Assembly (NCBI GenBank): GCA_902482895.1
Contig: CABTAV010000001.1
Span: 1 to 35,241 of the forward strand
Direction of reading: 5' to 3'
DNA from: an uncultured Streptococcus sp.
GTDB lineage: Bacteria > Bacillota > Bacilli > Lactobacillales > Streptococcaceae
DNA: 35,241 nt
Shown one piece after another: positions 17,208 through 28,022 of this stretch. Positions within the stretch are counted from its first letter, which is position 1. Each line of letters starts with the position of its first letter. The position numbers were made by a program, and so were the translations under genes. The notes beneath the pieces are model-generated. The model saw nothing but the letters and a program-made list of their open reading frames with translations. It did no database searches and was not told where the DNA came from.

Positions 17208-19157
17208 ATGTCTCATATTATTGAATTGCCAGAGGTGCTGGCAAACCAGATTGCGGCTGGAGAGGTTATCGAGCGTCCAGCTAGCGTTGTTAAGGAGCTG
17301 GTAGAAAATGCTATTGATGCGGGATCTAGTCAGATTATCATTGAGATTGAGGAATCAGGTCTCAAGAAGATTCAAATCACGGATAATGGTCATGGAATTG
17401 CCCACGATGAGGTGGAATTGGCCCTGCGTCGTCATGCGACCAGTAAGATAAAAAATCAAGCAGACCTCTTTCGAATTCGGACGCTTGGTTTTCGTGGTGA
17501 AGCTCTGCCTTCTATCGCATCCGTCAGCGTTTTAACTCTTTTGACAGCAGTTGAGGGCGCAAGTCACGGAACCAAGCTAGTCGCGCGTGGGGGAGAAGTT
17601 GAAGAAGTCATCCCAGCGACTAGTCCTGTGGGAACCAAGGTTTGTGTGGAGGACCTCTTTTTCAATACGCCTGCTCGCCTCAAGTATATGAAGAGCCAGC
17701 AAGCAGAGTTGTCTCATATCATTGATATTGTCAACCGTCTGGGTTTGGCCCATCCTGAGATTTCTTTCAGCTTGATTAGTGATGGTAAGGAAATGACGCG
17801 GACAGCTGGTACTGGCCAACTGCGCCAAGCTATCGCAGGGATTTACGGTTTGGCGAGTGCTAAGAAGATGATTGAAATTGAGAATTCTGACCTAGATTTC
17901 GAAATTTCAGGTTTTGTGTCCTTGCCTGAGTTAACTCGGGCCAATCGCAATTATATCAGTCTCTTCATCAATGGCCGTTATATCAAGAACTTTTTACTCA
18001 ATCGTGCTATTTTAGATGGTTACGGAAGTAAGCTCATGGTAGGCCGTTTTCCACTGGCTGTCATTCACATCCATATCGACCCCTATCTAGCGGATGTCAA
18101 TGTACATCCAACCAAGCAAGAAGTACGGATTTCTAAGGAAAAAGAACTAATGGCTCTAGTTTCAGAAGCCATTTCCAAGAGTCTAAAGGAACAGAGTTTG
18201 ATTCCAGATGCCTTGGAGAATCTTGCCAAATCGACCGTGCGCAATCGTCAAAAGGTGGAGCAGACCATTCTCCCGCTCAAAGAAAATACGCTCTACTATG
18301 AGAATACTGAGCCGACAAGACCTAGTCAAGCTGAAGTAGCTGATTATCAGGTAGAATTAACTGAGGAAAGGCAAGACTTGACCTTGTTTGCCAAGGAAAC
18401 CTTGGATCAATTGACCAAGCCAGCAAAACTGCATTTTGCAGAGAGAAAGCCTGCTAACTACGACCAGCTAGATCACCCAGAGTTAGATTTAACCAGTCTG
18501 GATAAGGCATATGATAAGCTGGAGCGAGAAGAATCATCAAGCTTCCCAGAGTTGGAATTTTTCGGGCAAATGCATGGAACCTATCTCTTTGCCCAGGGGA
18601 GAGATGGGCTCTACATCATAGACCAACACGCAGCTCAGGAACGGGTCAAGTACGAGGAGTACCGTGAAAGCATTGGCAATGTTGACCAGAGCCAGCAGCA
18701 ACTCCTAGTGCCCTATATCTTTGAATTTCCAGCGGATGATGCCCTCCGTCTCAAGGAAAGAATGGCACTTTTGGAGGAAGTTGGGGTCTTTCTAGCAGAG
18801 TACGGAGAAAATCAATTTATCTTACGTGAACATCCTATTTGGATGGCAGAAGAAGAGATTGAATCAGGCATCTATGAGATGTGCGACATGCTCCTCTTGA
18901 CCAAGGAAGTTTCTATCAAGAAATACCGGGCAGAGCTGGCTATCATGATGTCTTGCAAGCGATCTATCAAGGCCAATCATCGTATTGATGATCATTCAGC
19001 TAGACAACTCCTCTATCAGCTTTCTCAGTGTGACAATCCCTATAACTGTCCCCATGGACGTCCTGTTTTGGTGCATTTTACTAAGTCGGATATGGAAAAG
19101 ATGTTCCGACGTATTCAGGAAAATCACACCAGTCTCCGTGAGTTGGGGAAATATTAA
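17208..19157 (+). CDS. hexB: DNA mismatch repair endonuclease MutL (HexB)
   Basis: [33 protein letters not shown]. Confidence 0.98.
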   Translation: MSHIIELPEVLANQIAAGEVIERPASVVKELVENAIDAGSSQIIIEIEESGLKKIQITDNGHGIAHDEVELALRRHATSKIKNQADLFRIRTLGFRGEALPSIASVSVLTLLTAVEGASHGTKLVARGGEVEEVIPATSPVGTKVCVEDLFFNTPARLKYMKSQQAELSHIIDIVNRLGLAHPEISFSLISDGKEMTRTAGTGQLRQAIAGIYGLASAKKMIEIENSDLDFEISGFVSLPELTRANRNYISLFINGRYIKNFLLNRAILDGYGSKLMVGRFPLAVIHIHIDPYLADVNVHPTKQEVRISKEKELMALVSEAISKSLKEQSLIPDALENLAKSTVRNRQKVEQTILPLKENTLYYENTEPTRPSQAEVADYQVELTEERQDLTLFAKETLDQLTKPAKLHFAERKPANYDQLDHPELDLTSLDKAYDKLEREESSSFPELEFFGQMHGTYLFAQGRDGLYIIDQHAAQERVKYEEYRESIGNVDQSQQQLLVPYIFEFPADDALRLKERMALLEEVGVFLAEYGENQFILREHPIWMAEEEIESGIYEMCDMLLLTKEVSIKKYRAELAIMMSCKRSIKANHRIDDHSARQLLYQLSQCDNPYNCPHGRPVLVHFTKSDMEKMFRRIQENHTSLRELGKY

Positions 19158-19172
19158 ACTAAAAGGAAAACT

Positions 19173-19766
19173 ATGTACGAATATTTAAAAGGAATCATTA
19201 CCAAAATTACTGCCAAATACATTGTTCTTGAAACCAACGGTATTGGTTATATCCTGCATGTGGCCAATCCTTATGCTTATTCAGGACAGGTCAATCAAGA
19301 AGCTCAAATTTATGTGCATCAAGTTGTACGTGAGGATGCCCATCTACTTTATGGATTTCGCTCAGAAGATGAGAAAAAGCTCTTTCTCAGTCTGATTTCG
19401 GTATCTGGTATTGGTCCTGTATCAGCTCTTGCTATTATCGCTGCTGATGACAATGCTGGCTTAGTTCAAGCTATCGAAACCAAGAACATCACCTACTTGA
19501 CTAAGTTCCCTAAAATTGGCAAGAAAACAGCCCAGCAGATGGTGCTGGACTTGGAAGGCAAGGTAGTAGTTGCAGGAGATGATCTTCCTGCCAAGGTGGC
19601 AGTGCAAGCTAGCGCTGAAAACCAAGAATTGGAAGAAGCTATGGAGGCCATGTTGGCTCTGGGCTACAAGACAACTGAGCTCAAGAAAATCAAGAAATTC
19701 TTCGAAGGAACGACAGATACAGCTGAGAACTATATCAAGTCGGCCCTTAAAATGTTGGTCAAATAG
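19173..19766 (+). CDS. ruvA: Holliday junction branch migration protein RuvA
   Basis: [11 protein letters not shown], HhH motifs VSGIGP and PKIGKKTA. Confidence 0.97.
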   Translation: MYEYLKGIITKITAKYIVLETNGIGYILHVANPYAYSGQVNQEAQIYVHQVVREDAHLLYGFRSEDEKKLFLSLISVSGIGPVSALAIIAADDNAGLVQAIETKNITYLTKFPKIGKKTAQQMVLDLEGKVVVAGDDLPAKVAVQASAENQELEEAMEAMLALGYKTTELKKIKKFFEGTTDTAENYIKSALKMLVK

Positions 19767-19775
19767 GAGCAGAGC

Positions 19776-20339
19776 ATGCCAAAACGTTGTTCTTGGGTCA
19801 AGATGACCAATCCGCTCTACATCGCCTATCATGATGAGGAATGGGGTCAGCCCCTCCATGATGACCAAGCATTGTTTGAGTTGTTGTGCATGGAAACCTA
19901 TCAGGCAGGCCTGTCTTGGGAAACGGTGCTCAACAAACGCCAAGCTTTCCGAGAAGTATTTTATGGCTATCAAATTCAAGCGGTCGCAGAGATGACCGAC
20001 ACCGAATTGGGAAACTTGCTGGATAATCCAGCCATCATCCGAAATAGAGCCAAGATTTTTGCTACACGCGCTAATGCCCAAGTCTTTCTACGACTACAGG
20101 TAGAGTACGGCTCTTTTGATGCCTATCTTTGGTCTTTTGTTGAGGGGAAAACGATCGTGAACGATGTTTCCGATTACCGCCAATCCCCAGCTAAAACCGT
20201 TTTGTCTGAGAAATTAGCCAAAGATCTCAAAAAACGAGGTTTCAAGTTCACAGGCCCAGTCGCCGTCTTGTCTTTTCTACAGGCAGCAGGCCTGGTTGAT
20301 GACCACGAGAATGATTGTGAATGGAAAAGCGGGAATTAG
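19776..20339 (+). CDS. tag: DNA-3-methyladenine glycosylase I
   Basis: RCSW...YHDEEWG, QAGLSW, IIRNRAKI, GFKFTGP, DH...C. Confidence 0.95.
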   Translation: MPKRCSWVKMTNPLYIAYHDEEWGQPLHDDQALFELLCMETYQAGLSWETVLNKRQAFREVFYGYQIQAVAEMTDTELGNLLDNPAIIRNRAKIFATRANAQVFLRLQVEYGSFDAYLWSFVEGKTIVNDVSDYRQSPAKTVLSEKLAKDLKKRGFKFTGPVAVLSFLQAAGLVDDHENDCEWKSGN

Positions 20340-20373
20340 TGAGTGTAGGTAACTAGAATATCTGAGAATATAG

Positions 20374-20404
20374 AAAAAAGCTGAGAAATTTATCTCAGCT
20401 TTTT
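20374..20404. terminator. Bidirectional intrinsic terminator
   Basis: AAAAAAGCTGAGA-aattta-TCTCAGCTTTTT between convergent genes. Confidence 0.85.
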
Positions 20405-20423
20405 ATACATACTAGTATATTTG

Positions 20424-20687
20424 TTAGAGTGAAGTCAAAAAAGTGATTCCACCTAAAATAACACCAGCTGAATTTGGAATGATTAGTATCCAATCCTTCT
20501 TAGGTTCCTTTGTCCATCCATAAATAACCCAGATTAAGCAAGATATAGCAGCTGATAAAGGTTGAAATGGTTGAGCTTTATTTCCCTGTAAATTAGCGAT
20601 AATTTGAGGTATGTAGGCAATAAATACTATAATTCCAATAAAGGCACCAATAGAACCTACGATTCGATTAATTTTTTGTTTTGTCAT
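20424..20687 (-). CDS. SemiSWEET/PQ-loop family small transporter
   Basis: 87 aa, 3 TM, YIPQI, WVIYG and PN motifs; RBS GGAGG. Confidence 0.75.
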   Translation of the reverse strand: MTKQKINRIVGSIGAFIGIIVFIAYIPQIIANLQGNKAQPFQPLSAAISCLIWVIYGWTKEPKKDWILIIPNSAGVILGGITFLTSL

Positions 20688-20792
20688 ATACACCTCCTAC
20701 AAAAGGATATCATAGAAATTAGCGAAATGCAATAAATTCAGATACAAATTGTAATGAAAACCAATACAAAAGCACAAAAATAGAGAAACTAT

Positions 20793-21827
20793 TTATTTTT
20801 TGTTATAGTCAAAGCGAATGATTTGTTCCTGTGCATCTACATGAGCATGGACCCCAAAGGGTATAATGGCTCTCGGAGTTGCGTGGCCAACATTTAGATT
20901 ATAGATAATCGGGATATTGCTGTCAATAATATCCAATAGTGCCTCTTTATAGTCGTCATAGAAAGCTTCATCCATAGGTTTTCCGACCAAGAGTCCACTG
21001 ATGACCTCGAATATACCAGTGTCCTTTAAAGTCCGCAACATCTTTTTGAATTTTACAGGTTCAGGCTTTTCTTCGCTTGTTTCTAGCAAGAGGATCTTTC
21101 CTTCCCAGTCTGACAAGTCAGGGAAAAGTTTGTATTTTTGGCAGAGCTCCGTGCTATCTGCGTATCGAGAGTTGTCAAAGATATCGTAGAGGGATTCGAG
21201 GCAACCACCGAGGATTTTTCCCTCGAACTGGGCATTTCCTTGCAACAACTCAAAACCGGTATTTGCATGACTGACACGAGGTGTCCCCAGAGCCTTGGGA
21301 CTAAAATCAGTTCGTTCATCATACCAAACGTCACTAGAGCGGATTTCTGAGATTCTTCCCGTCTCAATCAATTCTTTAAAGTAGTGAAGGCTATAGGGCA
21401 GCATTTCCTTGTCTAATTCACAAATGTCTGCTAAAAAGGATTGACCATAAAAAGTTTTAACACCTAGTTTATGCAACATGAGATGGTTCATAGTTGTATC
21501 CGAGAAGCCAAGAAAAATTTTTTGTTTGATAACCTTTTGGAGTTGGTCATTTTCAAAAAGATAAGGTAGTAAGCGATAGGTATCGTCTCCACCGATGGCA
21601 CATAGGATTATGTCGATGCTATCATCAGAAAAGGCATGAATCAAATCCTCTGCACGCACTTCAGGATGGTCCTTGATAAAGTCTAATCCTTTTTGCGAAT
21701 GGGGCAAAAAGATAGGATTGAGTCCCAAGTCCTTGAGACGTTGGACACCCAAGTCCACTTCGTGTTTGACAAAGTCCTCTCCGATAATGCCACTAGATAA
21801 ACTAACTATACCAATAGTAGAAATCAT
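20793..21827 (-). CDS. S66 peptidase (MccF / LD-carboxypeptidase family)
   Basis: IGGDD, catalytic GFSD, GGCL, LLETSEE, GH. Confidence 0.88.
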   Translation of the reverse strand: MISTIGIVSLSSGIIGEDFVKHEVDLGVQRLKDLGLNPIFLPHSQKGLDFIKDHPEVRAEDLIHAFSDDSIDIILCAIGGDDTYRLLPYLFENDQLQKVIKQKIFLGFSDTTMNHLMLHKLGVKTFYGQSFLADICELDKEMLPYSLHYFKELIETGRISEIRSSDVWYDERTDFSPKALGTPRVSHANTGFELLQGNAQFEGKILGGCLESLYDIFDNSRYADSTELCQKYKLFPDLSDWEGKILLLETSEEKPEPVKFKKMLRTLKDTGIFEVISGLLVGKPMDEAFYDDYKEALLDIIDSNIPIIYNLNVGHATPRAIIPFGVHAHVDAQEQIIRFDYNKK

Positions 21828-21930
21828 ATTTTATCCTCCTAGAAATAGATTGAGCCTATTTTATCACAAAAGATTAGATAGAGCTATGTGGGATGTCAGA
21901 AGAATACTTTAAAATCAAAAAAAGTAAGTG

Positions 21931-21960
21931 AAAAAGCAACCGCACCTGCAGTTGCTTTTA
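21931..21960 (-). terminator. Terminator after the DUF1129 gene
   Basis: AAAAGCAAC-CGCA..TGCA-GTTGCTTTT. Confidence 0.65.
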
Positions 21961-21969
21961 TCATTCTTC

Positions 21970-22647
21970 TTAATAACGTGTTGGTCCTGCACTTGCGCTT
22001 CGGATGTTCAAGCGTTTCTTGAGATAGAAGCGAAGGGCTAGGAGGGCTGCTCCGATAATAGCCAGCGGCAATGGAGCAAGTACTGGGTTAAGGCTAGCTG
22101 GTAGGAAGCTTGTTGCAAAGAAGACAAGCAACCAAAGGAACATAGAAGCTAGGATAACCAGTACAGATTTCCAGAAAGGTGGGCGTTGACTGCGGTCCAT
22201 ATCTGGTCCATAATATTGGTAAACAAAGTAGTACATCAAGTAGAAGGCAAATCCACCAACAAGTCCAACTAACAAGAGAGTGATAAATCCATAGCCGAAA
22301 GCCTGATCTGCCGCAAAGAAAGTTGTGAGGGCGCTGACGAGGGCAAAGAGACTAGTGATGAAAAGAGCTGAGTCCATAATCATCAGTTTTGGATCATCAT
22401 TTTCTTTTGGATGCTCTTTTTCATATTGTTCCTTGACAGTGAAACTATGAGCCCAATGGGTCGGTGCGCCATAGAGGGAACGAGCAGTCGTACCCTTGGC
22501 TTGCTCTTCAAGGATTTGGGGAATAACTTCCTCAAAAATAGCCTTGATTTCAGCGTCTGTTTTTCCATCTTTGATGAATTGTTGGGTAGCGATGTGGACA
22601 AACTCTTGGTTTTTCTTGGTTAATTTTTGTAGATCAATCTGAGACAT
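21970..22647 (-). CDS. DUF1129 family membrane protein
   Basis: LTKKNQEF...GTTARSLYG N-terminus plus 4 TM; RBS AGAGGAG before MSQIDL. Confidence 0.8.
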   Translation of the reverse strand: MSQIDLQKLTKKNQEFVHIATQQFIKDGKTDAEIKAIFEEVIPQILEEQAKGTTARSLYGAPTHWAHSFTVKEQYEKEHPKENDDPKLMIMDSALFITSLFALVSALTTFFAADQAFGYGFITLLLVGLVGGFAFYLMYYFVYQYYGPDMDRSQRPPFWKSVLVILASMFLWLLVFFATSFLPASLNPVLAPLPLAIIGAALLALRFYLKKRLNIRSASAGPTRY

Positions 22648-22658
22648 AGGAACTCCTC

Positions 22659-23603
22659 TTAGAACCATTTTTTATGGATGAGATAGAGAGTGAGCGAGAC
22701 ACTCATAGCAAAGGCGATAAAGACGATTAACCAGAAGGCATTCGGCTCACCATTTAGGGGGATTTCATTATCCTTAAAGTTCATCCCGTAGGCAGAAAAG
22801 ACCATGGTTGGGATGGACATGACGATGGTCACAAGGGCCAAGGTTTTCATGATGTTGTTCTGGTTGTTAGAAATGATAGAGGCGAAGGTCTCTGTCATAG
22901 AATGCAAGACGTTTCCATAAATGTCTGCCATCTCGATGGCCTGTTGGGTTTCAATTAGGGTATCTTCAAGCAGGTCTTCGTCCTCAAGGTATTTCTTGAT
23001 ATTGCTGGTTGAGCTGGTCAATTTCTTAATCACGCGCTCATTTGTTTTGAGGGAGGCCTTGAAATAGACGATGGTTTTTTCCAATTCCATGAGTTCAATC
23101 AATTCTTCATTACGAGTTGATTGATGCAGTTGACTTTCGATTTGTTCACTCTTACGGTCAATCGAACGAAGGGCTGTTAGGTAAAGTTCTGCATTGCGAT
23201 AGAGAATCTGGAAGATAAAACGTGAGCGCATGAAGGTATAGAAATTACGCAATCGACGGTTGATAAAGACATCGAGGACTGGTAATGGTTCCAAACACGT
23301 AGTGATAATGGTTTCCTCGGTGATGATAATACCAAGCGGGATGGTGACGTAGTAGGTGCGGTTATTTCTTTCTTCTGTGACCGGCACGTCAACGATAATC
23401 AGGGTATACTCGTCTTCAATGGTAATACGAGACATTTCTTCCGCATCGAGCGGTGCTCGAAGGTCGGCAATATCAATATCGAAGGCGTTAGCGATTTCGA
23501 GTGATTCATTTTGAGTCGGATTAACGAGATTGATCCAAGTACCCGGTTCAAGCGTATCGATCTCTTTAAATTCAGTTGTTGTAGAGAGAAAAACTTGTTT
23601 CAT
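22659..23603 (-). CDS. corA: CorA-family Mg2+ transporter
   Basis: YGMNF signature and two C-terminal TM helices. Confidence 0.93.
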   Translation of the reverse strand: MKQVFLSTTTEFKEIDTLEPGTWINLVNPTQNESLEIANAFDIDIADLRAPLDAEEMSRITIEDEYTLIIVDVPVTEERNNRTYYVTIPLGIIITEETIITTCLEPLPVLDVFINRRLRNFYTFMRSRFIFQILYRNAELYLTALRSIDRKSEQIESQLHQSTRNEELIELMELEKTIVYFKASLKTNERVIKKLTSSTSNIKKYLEDEDLLEDTLIETQQAIEMADIYGNVLHSMTETFASIISNNQNNIMKTLALVTIVMSIPTMVFSAYGMNFKDNEIPLNGEPNAFWLIVFIAFAMSVSLTLYLIHKKWF

Positions 23604-23694
23604 ATCCCTTATCCTTTCTCATTTTTCAGATTTTTTCACACCGTACTATTATACTACAAAATCGGCCTTTTGGGTAATAGAATCTCACTTTTTT

Positions 23695-23703
23695 TGGTAT
23701 AAT
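23695..23703 (+). promoter_or_regulatory. Extended -10 of uvrA
   Basis: TGgTATAAT; a divergent minus-strand TATAAT for corA lies at 23648-23653. Confidence 0.6.
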
Positions 23704-23734
23704 GGTAAGCAATAATGGACTAGAAAGAACAAAG

Positions 23735-26566
23735 ATGCAAGATAAAATTGTCATTCATGGGGCGCGTGCCCATAATTTAAAAAATATTGATGTGGAGATT
23801 CCGCGAGACAAGTTGGTTGTCGTGACCGGTTTGTCAGGCTCAGGAAAATCCAGTCTGGCCTTTGATACCCTCTATGCGGAGGGTCAACGTCGCTATGTGG
23901 AGAGCTTGTCAGCCTATGCTCGTCAGTTTTTGGGAAATATGGAAAAACCAGATGTAGATGCCATTGATGGTCTCAGCCCAGCTATTTCCATCGACCAGAA
24001 AACGACTAGTAAAAACCCTCGTTCGACCGTGGGAACGACGACTGAAATCAATGACTATCTGCGTCTCCTCTACGCACGTGTGGGGACGCCTTACTGTATC
24101 AACGGTCATGGAGCTATCAAGGCTTCTTCTGTGGAGCAAATCGTTGATAAGGTTTTGGAGTTACCTGAACGCCAGCGCTTGCAGATTTTGGCCCCTGTCA
24201 TCCGCAAGAAAAAAGGACAGCATAAGAGCGTTATTGAAAAGATTCAGAAAGATGGGTATGTTCGTGTCCGTGTGGATGGGGAAGTCTATGATGTGACCGA
24301 AGTGCCTGAGCTGTCTAAGAGTAAGCAACACAATATCGATGTCGTGGTTGACCGTATTGTCATCAAGGAGGGCATTCGTAGCCGTCTCTTCGACTCAATC
24401 GAGGCTGCCCTTCGTATCGCAGAAGGCTATGTGATTATCGACACCATGGACGATTCTGAGTTGCTCTTTTCTGAGCATTATGCCTGTCCAGTTTGTGGCT
24501 TTACTGTTCCAGAGTTAGAGCCACGTCTCTTCTCCTTCAATGCTCCTTTTGGTTCTTGTAGTGAGTGTGATGGCTTGGGCATCAAGCTGGAGGTGGATAC
24601 TGATTTGGTAGTACCAGATGCCAGCAAAACCTTGCGTGAGGGAGCCTTGGCTCCTTGGAATCCTATCTCATCCAACTACTATCCAAACATGCTAGAGCAG
24701 GCTATGACAGCTTTTGGAGTGGATATGGATAAGCCTTTTGAGGACTTGTCAGAAGAAGATAAGAACTTGATTCTCTATGGATCAGATGGTAAGGAATTCC
24801 ATTTCCACTATGAGAATGAATTTGGTGGTGTACGCGATATTGACATTCCTTTTGAGGGAGTTGTCAATAATATCAAGCGTCGCTATCACGAGACAAACAG
24901 CGATTATACTCGCACCCAGATGCGTCTTTACATGAATGAGCTGACCTGCGGAACCTGTCACGGCTATCGTCTCAATGACCAGGCCTTGTCTGTCCGTGTG
25001 GGTGGCGAGCAAGGGCCACATATTGGAGAAATTTCAGACCTGTCTATCGCGGACCACTTGGACTTGGTAAGCAAGTTGACTCTATCTGAAAATGAAGCCA
25101 TTATTGCTCGGCCTATTCTCAAGGAAATCAAGGATCGTTTGACCTTCCTTAATAACGTGGGCCTGAACTATCTGACTCTGTCACGTTCGGCAGGAACCCT
25201 TTCAGGTGGGGAAAGTCAGCGTATTCGCTTGGCAACTCAGATTGGTTCTAACCTATCAGGCGTCCTCTATATCTTAGACGAGCCGTCAATCGGTCTTCAC
25301 CAGAGGGACAATGACCGCCTGATTGCTAGTCTCAAAAAGATGCGTGATTTGGGCAATACTCTTATAGTAGTGGAACATGATGAAGATACCATGCGCGAAG
25401 CGGACTATCTGATTGACGTTGGTCCTGGTGCGGGTGTTTTTGGTGGGGAAATTGTTGCGGCAGGTACGCCTAAACAGGTAGCTCGTAACAGTAAGTCTAT
25501 CACAGGCCAGTACTTATCAGGAAAACGTGCCATTCCAGTACCAGACGAGCGCCGTGTGGGAAATGGTCGTTTTATCGAGGTGACGGGAGCGCGTGAGAAC
25601 AACCTGCAAAATATCACTGCTCGCTTCCCATTAGGAAAATTCATCGCAGTGACAGGGGTATCGGGTTCAGGGAAATCGACCTTAATCAACAGCATCCTCA
25701 AAAAAGCTATTGCCCAGAAGCTAAATCGCAATTCAGACAAACCTGGTAAATTCAAAACCATCACAGGTATTGAGCATGTAGACCGCTTGATTGACATTGA
25801 CCAGAGCCCTATCGGACGAACGCCGAGGTCCAACCCAGCTACCTATACAGGAGTTTTTGACGATATACGTGACCTTTTTGCCCAGACAAATGAGGCTAAG
25901 ATTCGTGGTTACAAAAAGGGACGTTTCAGTTTCAATGTTAAGGGAGGTCGCTGTGAAGCCTGCTCAGGTGACGGGATTATCAAGATTGAGATGCACTTCT
26001 TGCCAGATGTTTATGTGGCTTGTGAAGTCTGCCACGGAACCCGCTACAACAGTGAGACCCTAGAAGTTCATTACAAGGAAAAAAATATTTCGCAGGTCTT
26101 GGACATGACCGTCAACGATGCGGTGGAGTTCTTCCAACACATTCCAAAGATTCAACGTAAACTTCAGACCATCAAGGATGTGGGACTGGGATATGTAACG
26201 CTAGGGCAACCAGCTACCACCCTTTCTGGGGGAGAAGCGCAGCGTATGAAGCTGGCTAGTGAACTTCACAAACGATCGACAGGAAAATCTTTCTACATTC
26301 TGGACGAGCCGACGACAGGACTCCATACAGAGGATATCGCTCGCTTGCTTAAGGTTTTAGCTCGCTTTGTTGACGATGGCAATACAGTCCTCGTTATTGA
26401 GCACAATCTGGATGTTATCAAGACGGCAGACCATATTATTGACTTGGGACCTGAGGGCGGTGTCGGTGGTGGAACCATTATCGCAACAGGAACTCCAGAA
26501 GAAGTAGCGGCCAACGAAGCCAGCTACACAGGACACTATTTGAAAGGAAAGTTACATCATGAATAA
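23735..26566 (+). CDS. uvrA: Excinuclease ABC subunit A
   Basis: Two ABC ATPase modules ([21 protein letters not shown] twice) and zinc fingers; start [11 protein letters not shown]. Confidence 0.98.
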   Translation: MQDKIVIHGARAHNLKNIDVEIPRDKLVVVTGLSGSGKSSLAFDTLYAEGQRRYVESLSAYARQFLGNMEKPDVDAIDGLSPAISIDQKTTSKNPRSTVGTTTEINDYLRLLYARVGTPYCINGHGAIKASSVEQIVDKVLELPERQRLQILAPVIRKKKGQHKSVIEKIQKDGYVRVRVDGEVYDVTEVPELSKSKQHNIDVVVDRIVIKEGIRSRLFDSIEAALRIAEGYVIIDTMDDSELLFSEHYACPVCGFTVPELEPRLFSFNAPFGSCSECDGLGIKLEVDTDLVVPDASKTLREGALAPWNPISSNYYPNMLEQAMTAFGVDMDKPFEDLSEEDKNLILYGSDGKEFHFHYENEFGGVRDIDIPFEGVVNNIKRRYHETNSDYTRTQMRLYMNELTCGTCHGYRLNDQALSVRVGGEQGPHIGEISDLSIADHLDLVSKLTLSENEAIIARPILKEIKDRLTFLNNVGLNYLTLSRSAGTLSGGESQRIRLATQIGSNLSGVLYILDEPSIGLHQRDNDRLIASLKKMRDLGNTLIVVEHDEDTMREADYLIDVGPGAGVFGGEIVAAGTPKQVARNSKSITGQYLSGKRAIPVPDERRVGNGRFIEVTGARENNLQNITARFPLGKFIAVTGVSGSGKSTLINSILKKAIAQKLNRNSDKPGKFKTITGIEHVDRLIDIDQSPIGRTPRSNPATYTGVFDDIRDLFAQTNEAKIRGYKKGRFSFNVKGGRCEACSGDGIIKIEMHFLPDVYVACEVCHGTRYNSETLEVHYKEKNISQVLDMTVNDAVEFFQHIPKIQRKLQTIKDVGLGYVTLGQPATTLSGGEAQRMKLASELHKRSTGKSFYILDEPTTGLHTEDIARLLKVLARFVDDGNTVLVIEHNLDVIKTADHIIDLGPEGGVGGGTIIATGTPEEVAANEASYTGHYLKGKLHHE

Positions 26567-27620
26567 ACGCGTACAAGCATTTCTAGATAAAATGCAAGAA
26601 AAAGAACTAGATGGCATCATCATCAATAACCTTAAAAACATCTATTATTTGACTGGTTTTTGGGGTTCAAATGGAACAGTCTTTATCAGCCGTGACCGTC
26701 AGGTCTTGGTGACGGATTCTCGCTACATCATTGCAGCCAAGCAAGAAACCAGTGGGTTTGAGATTGTGGCTGATCGTGATGAATTGGCTGTCATTGCAGG
26801 CATTGTTAAGGACATGGGCTTGTCTCAAATCGGTTTTGAGGATGAGATTTCGGTCTCTTATTATCACCGTATGCAGGCAGCTTTTGCAGGTTTGGACTTG
26901 CTTCCACAAACTCAATTTGTTGAAGGTCTTCGAATGATTAAGGATGAGGCGGAGATTGCAGCGATTCGCAAGGCTTGTTCTATCTCAGACCAAGCTTTCC
27001 GCGATGCACTTGACTTTATTAAGCCAGGAAAGACTGAGATTGAGATTGCCAACTTCCTTGACTTCCGCATGCGTGAGTTGGGAGCATCTGGCTTGTCTTT
27101 TGACACCATTCTAGCTAGCGGTATCAATTCTTCTAAACCCCATGCCCATCCAATGCACAAACCAGTTGAGCTAGGAGAAGCTATTACCATGGATTTCGGC
27201 TGCCTCTATGACCACTATGTCAGTGATATGACACGGACTATCTATCTGGGGCATGTCAGCGACGAGCAAGCAGAGATTTACAATACAGTTCTAAAAGCCA
27301 ACCAAGCCTTGATTGACCAGGCTAAGGCTGGCTTAGGTTTCCGTGACTTTGACAAAATCCCTCGTGATATTATCATTGAGGCAGGTTATGGAGACTACTT
27401 TACTCACGGTATCGGACACGGTATTGGGCTGGATATTCATGAGGAACCTTACTTTAGCCAGACTTCTACAGAAACTATTAAGTCGGGTATGGCCTTGACC
27501 GATGAACCAGGTATCTATATAGAAGGCAAATACGGTGTTCGTATCGAGGATGATATCTTGATTACAGAGACCGGTTGTGAATTGTTGACCCTAGCTCCAA
27601 AAGAGTTGATAGTTATTTAA
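26559..27620 (+). CDS. pepP: Xaa-Pro aminopeptidase (M24B)
   Basis: MDFG...[33 protein letters not shown]. Confidence 0.9.
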   Translation: MNKRVQAFLDKMQEKELDGIIINNLKNIYYLTGFWGSNGTVFISRDRQVLVTDSRYIIAAKQETSGFEIVADRDELAVIAGIVKDMGLSQIGFEDEISVSYYHRMQAAFAGLDLLPQTQFVEGLRMIKDEAEIAAIRKACSISDQAFRDALDFIKPGKTEIEIANFLDFRMRELGASGLSFDTILASGINSSKPHAHPMHKPVELGEAITMDFGCLYDHYVSDMTRTIYLGHVSDEQAEIYNTVLKANQALIDQAKAGLGFRDFDKIPRDIIIEAGYGDYFTHGIGHGIGLDIHEEPYFSQTSTETIKSGMALTDEPGIYIEGKYGVRIEDDILITETGCELLTLAPKELIVI

Positions 27621-27640
27621 GAGTTAAACAACTCAAATGA

Positions 27641-27669
27641 TTGACTTTTAAATTTTAAAGGTTTATACT
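27641..27669 (+). promoter_or_regulatory. Sigma-A promoter of the mgtA leader
   Basis: TTGACT-17-TATACT. Confidence 0.85.
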
Positions 27670-27675
27670 GAAAGA

Positions 27676-27822
27676 CGAAAACGGTAGGTGAGGCTACCAT
27701 AGGGATACGGATGACTACCGCAAAGCAGTGGAGACACTACTCGTTGGTCAACAGTCCTGGTCGCGAAGGCCAAGACTAAGCTCATTACATTGCCCTATGG
27801 AGTTAAAGCTTGAACGAAAAAC
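27676..27822 (+). ncRNA. M-box (ykoK leader) Mg2+-sensing riboswitch aptamer
   Basis: Hallmark segments GTAGGTGAGGCT, GGTCAACAG, TAAAGCT..ACG; CCATAGGG/CCCTATGG helix; upstream of an Mg2+ P-type ATPase; boundaries approximate. Confidence 0.88.
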
Positions 27823-27838
27823 AGATAGTTAGTTTTTT

Positions 27839-27867
27839 AATCCTGCCATTTTATGGTGGGATTTTCT
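27839..27867 (+). terminator. Riboswitch expression-platform terminator
   Basis: AATCCTGCCAT-ttt-ATGGTGGGATT-TTCT. Confidence 0.7.
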
Positions 27868-27897
27868 ACTGTTTAAATCAAAGAAAGGAGATAAACG

Positions 27898-27969
27898 ATG
27901 CAAATTGACGATCATCCGGAACCGCACATACACAGCCAATCGCTGATTTGTGTCGTTCTGCCCTTATAA
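27898..27969 (+). CDS. Putative 23-aa leader peptide MQIDDHPEPHIHSQSLICVVLPL (MgtL-like)
   Basis: Strong RBS AAAGGAG 7 nt before ATG; overlaps alternative hairpins; below the ORF-track cutoff. Confidence 0.6.
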   Translation: MQIDDHPEPHIHSQSLICVVLPL

Positions 27970-28022
27970 AGTGATTGGTCTCTGTGTATGAAACACATCA
28001 TTCATACAGATAGGAGAAACCA

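Noticed and set aside
19176..19183. Perfect ComX box TACGAATA
   Set aside because: Lies in codons 2-4 of ruvA (Y-E-Y) with no upstream T-rich tract and no suitably placed downstream start
19461..20081. 206-aa antisense ORF across ruvA/tag
   Set aside because: Shadow of two well-conserved genes; no recognisable motif
20793..21827. Microcin C biosynthesis locus
   Set aside because: Only the S66/MccF-like peptidase is present, with no precursor or MccB-type adenylase nearby
25405..25833. 142-aa antisense ORF in uvrA, and similar short overlapping ORFs throughout the track
   Set aside because: Antisense or alternate-frame shadows of conserved genes with no independent expression signals
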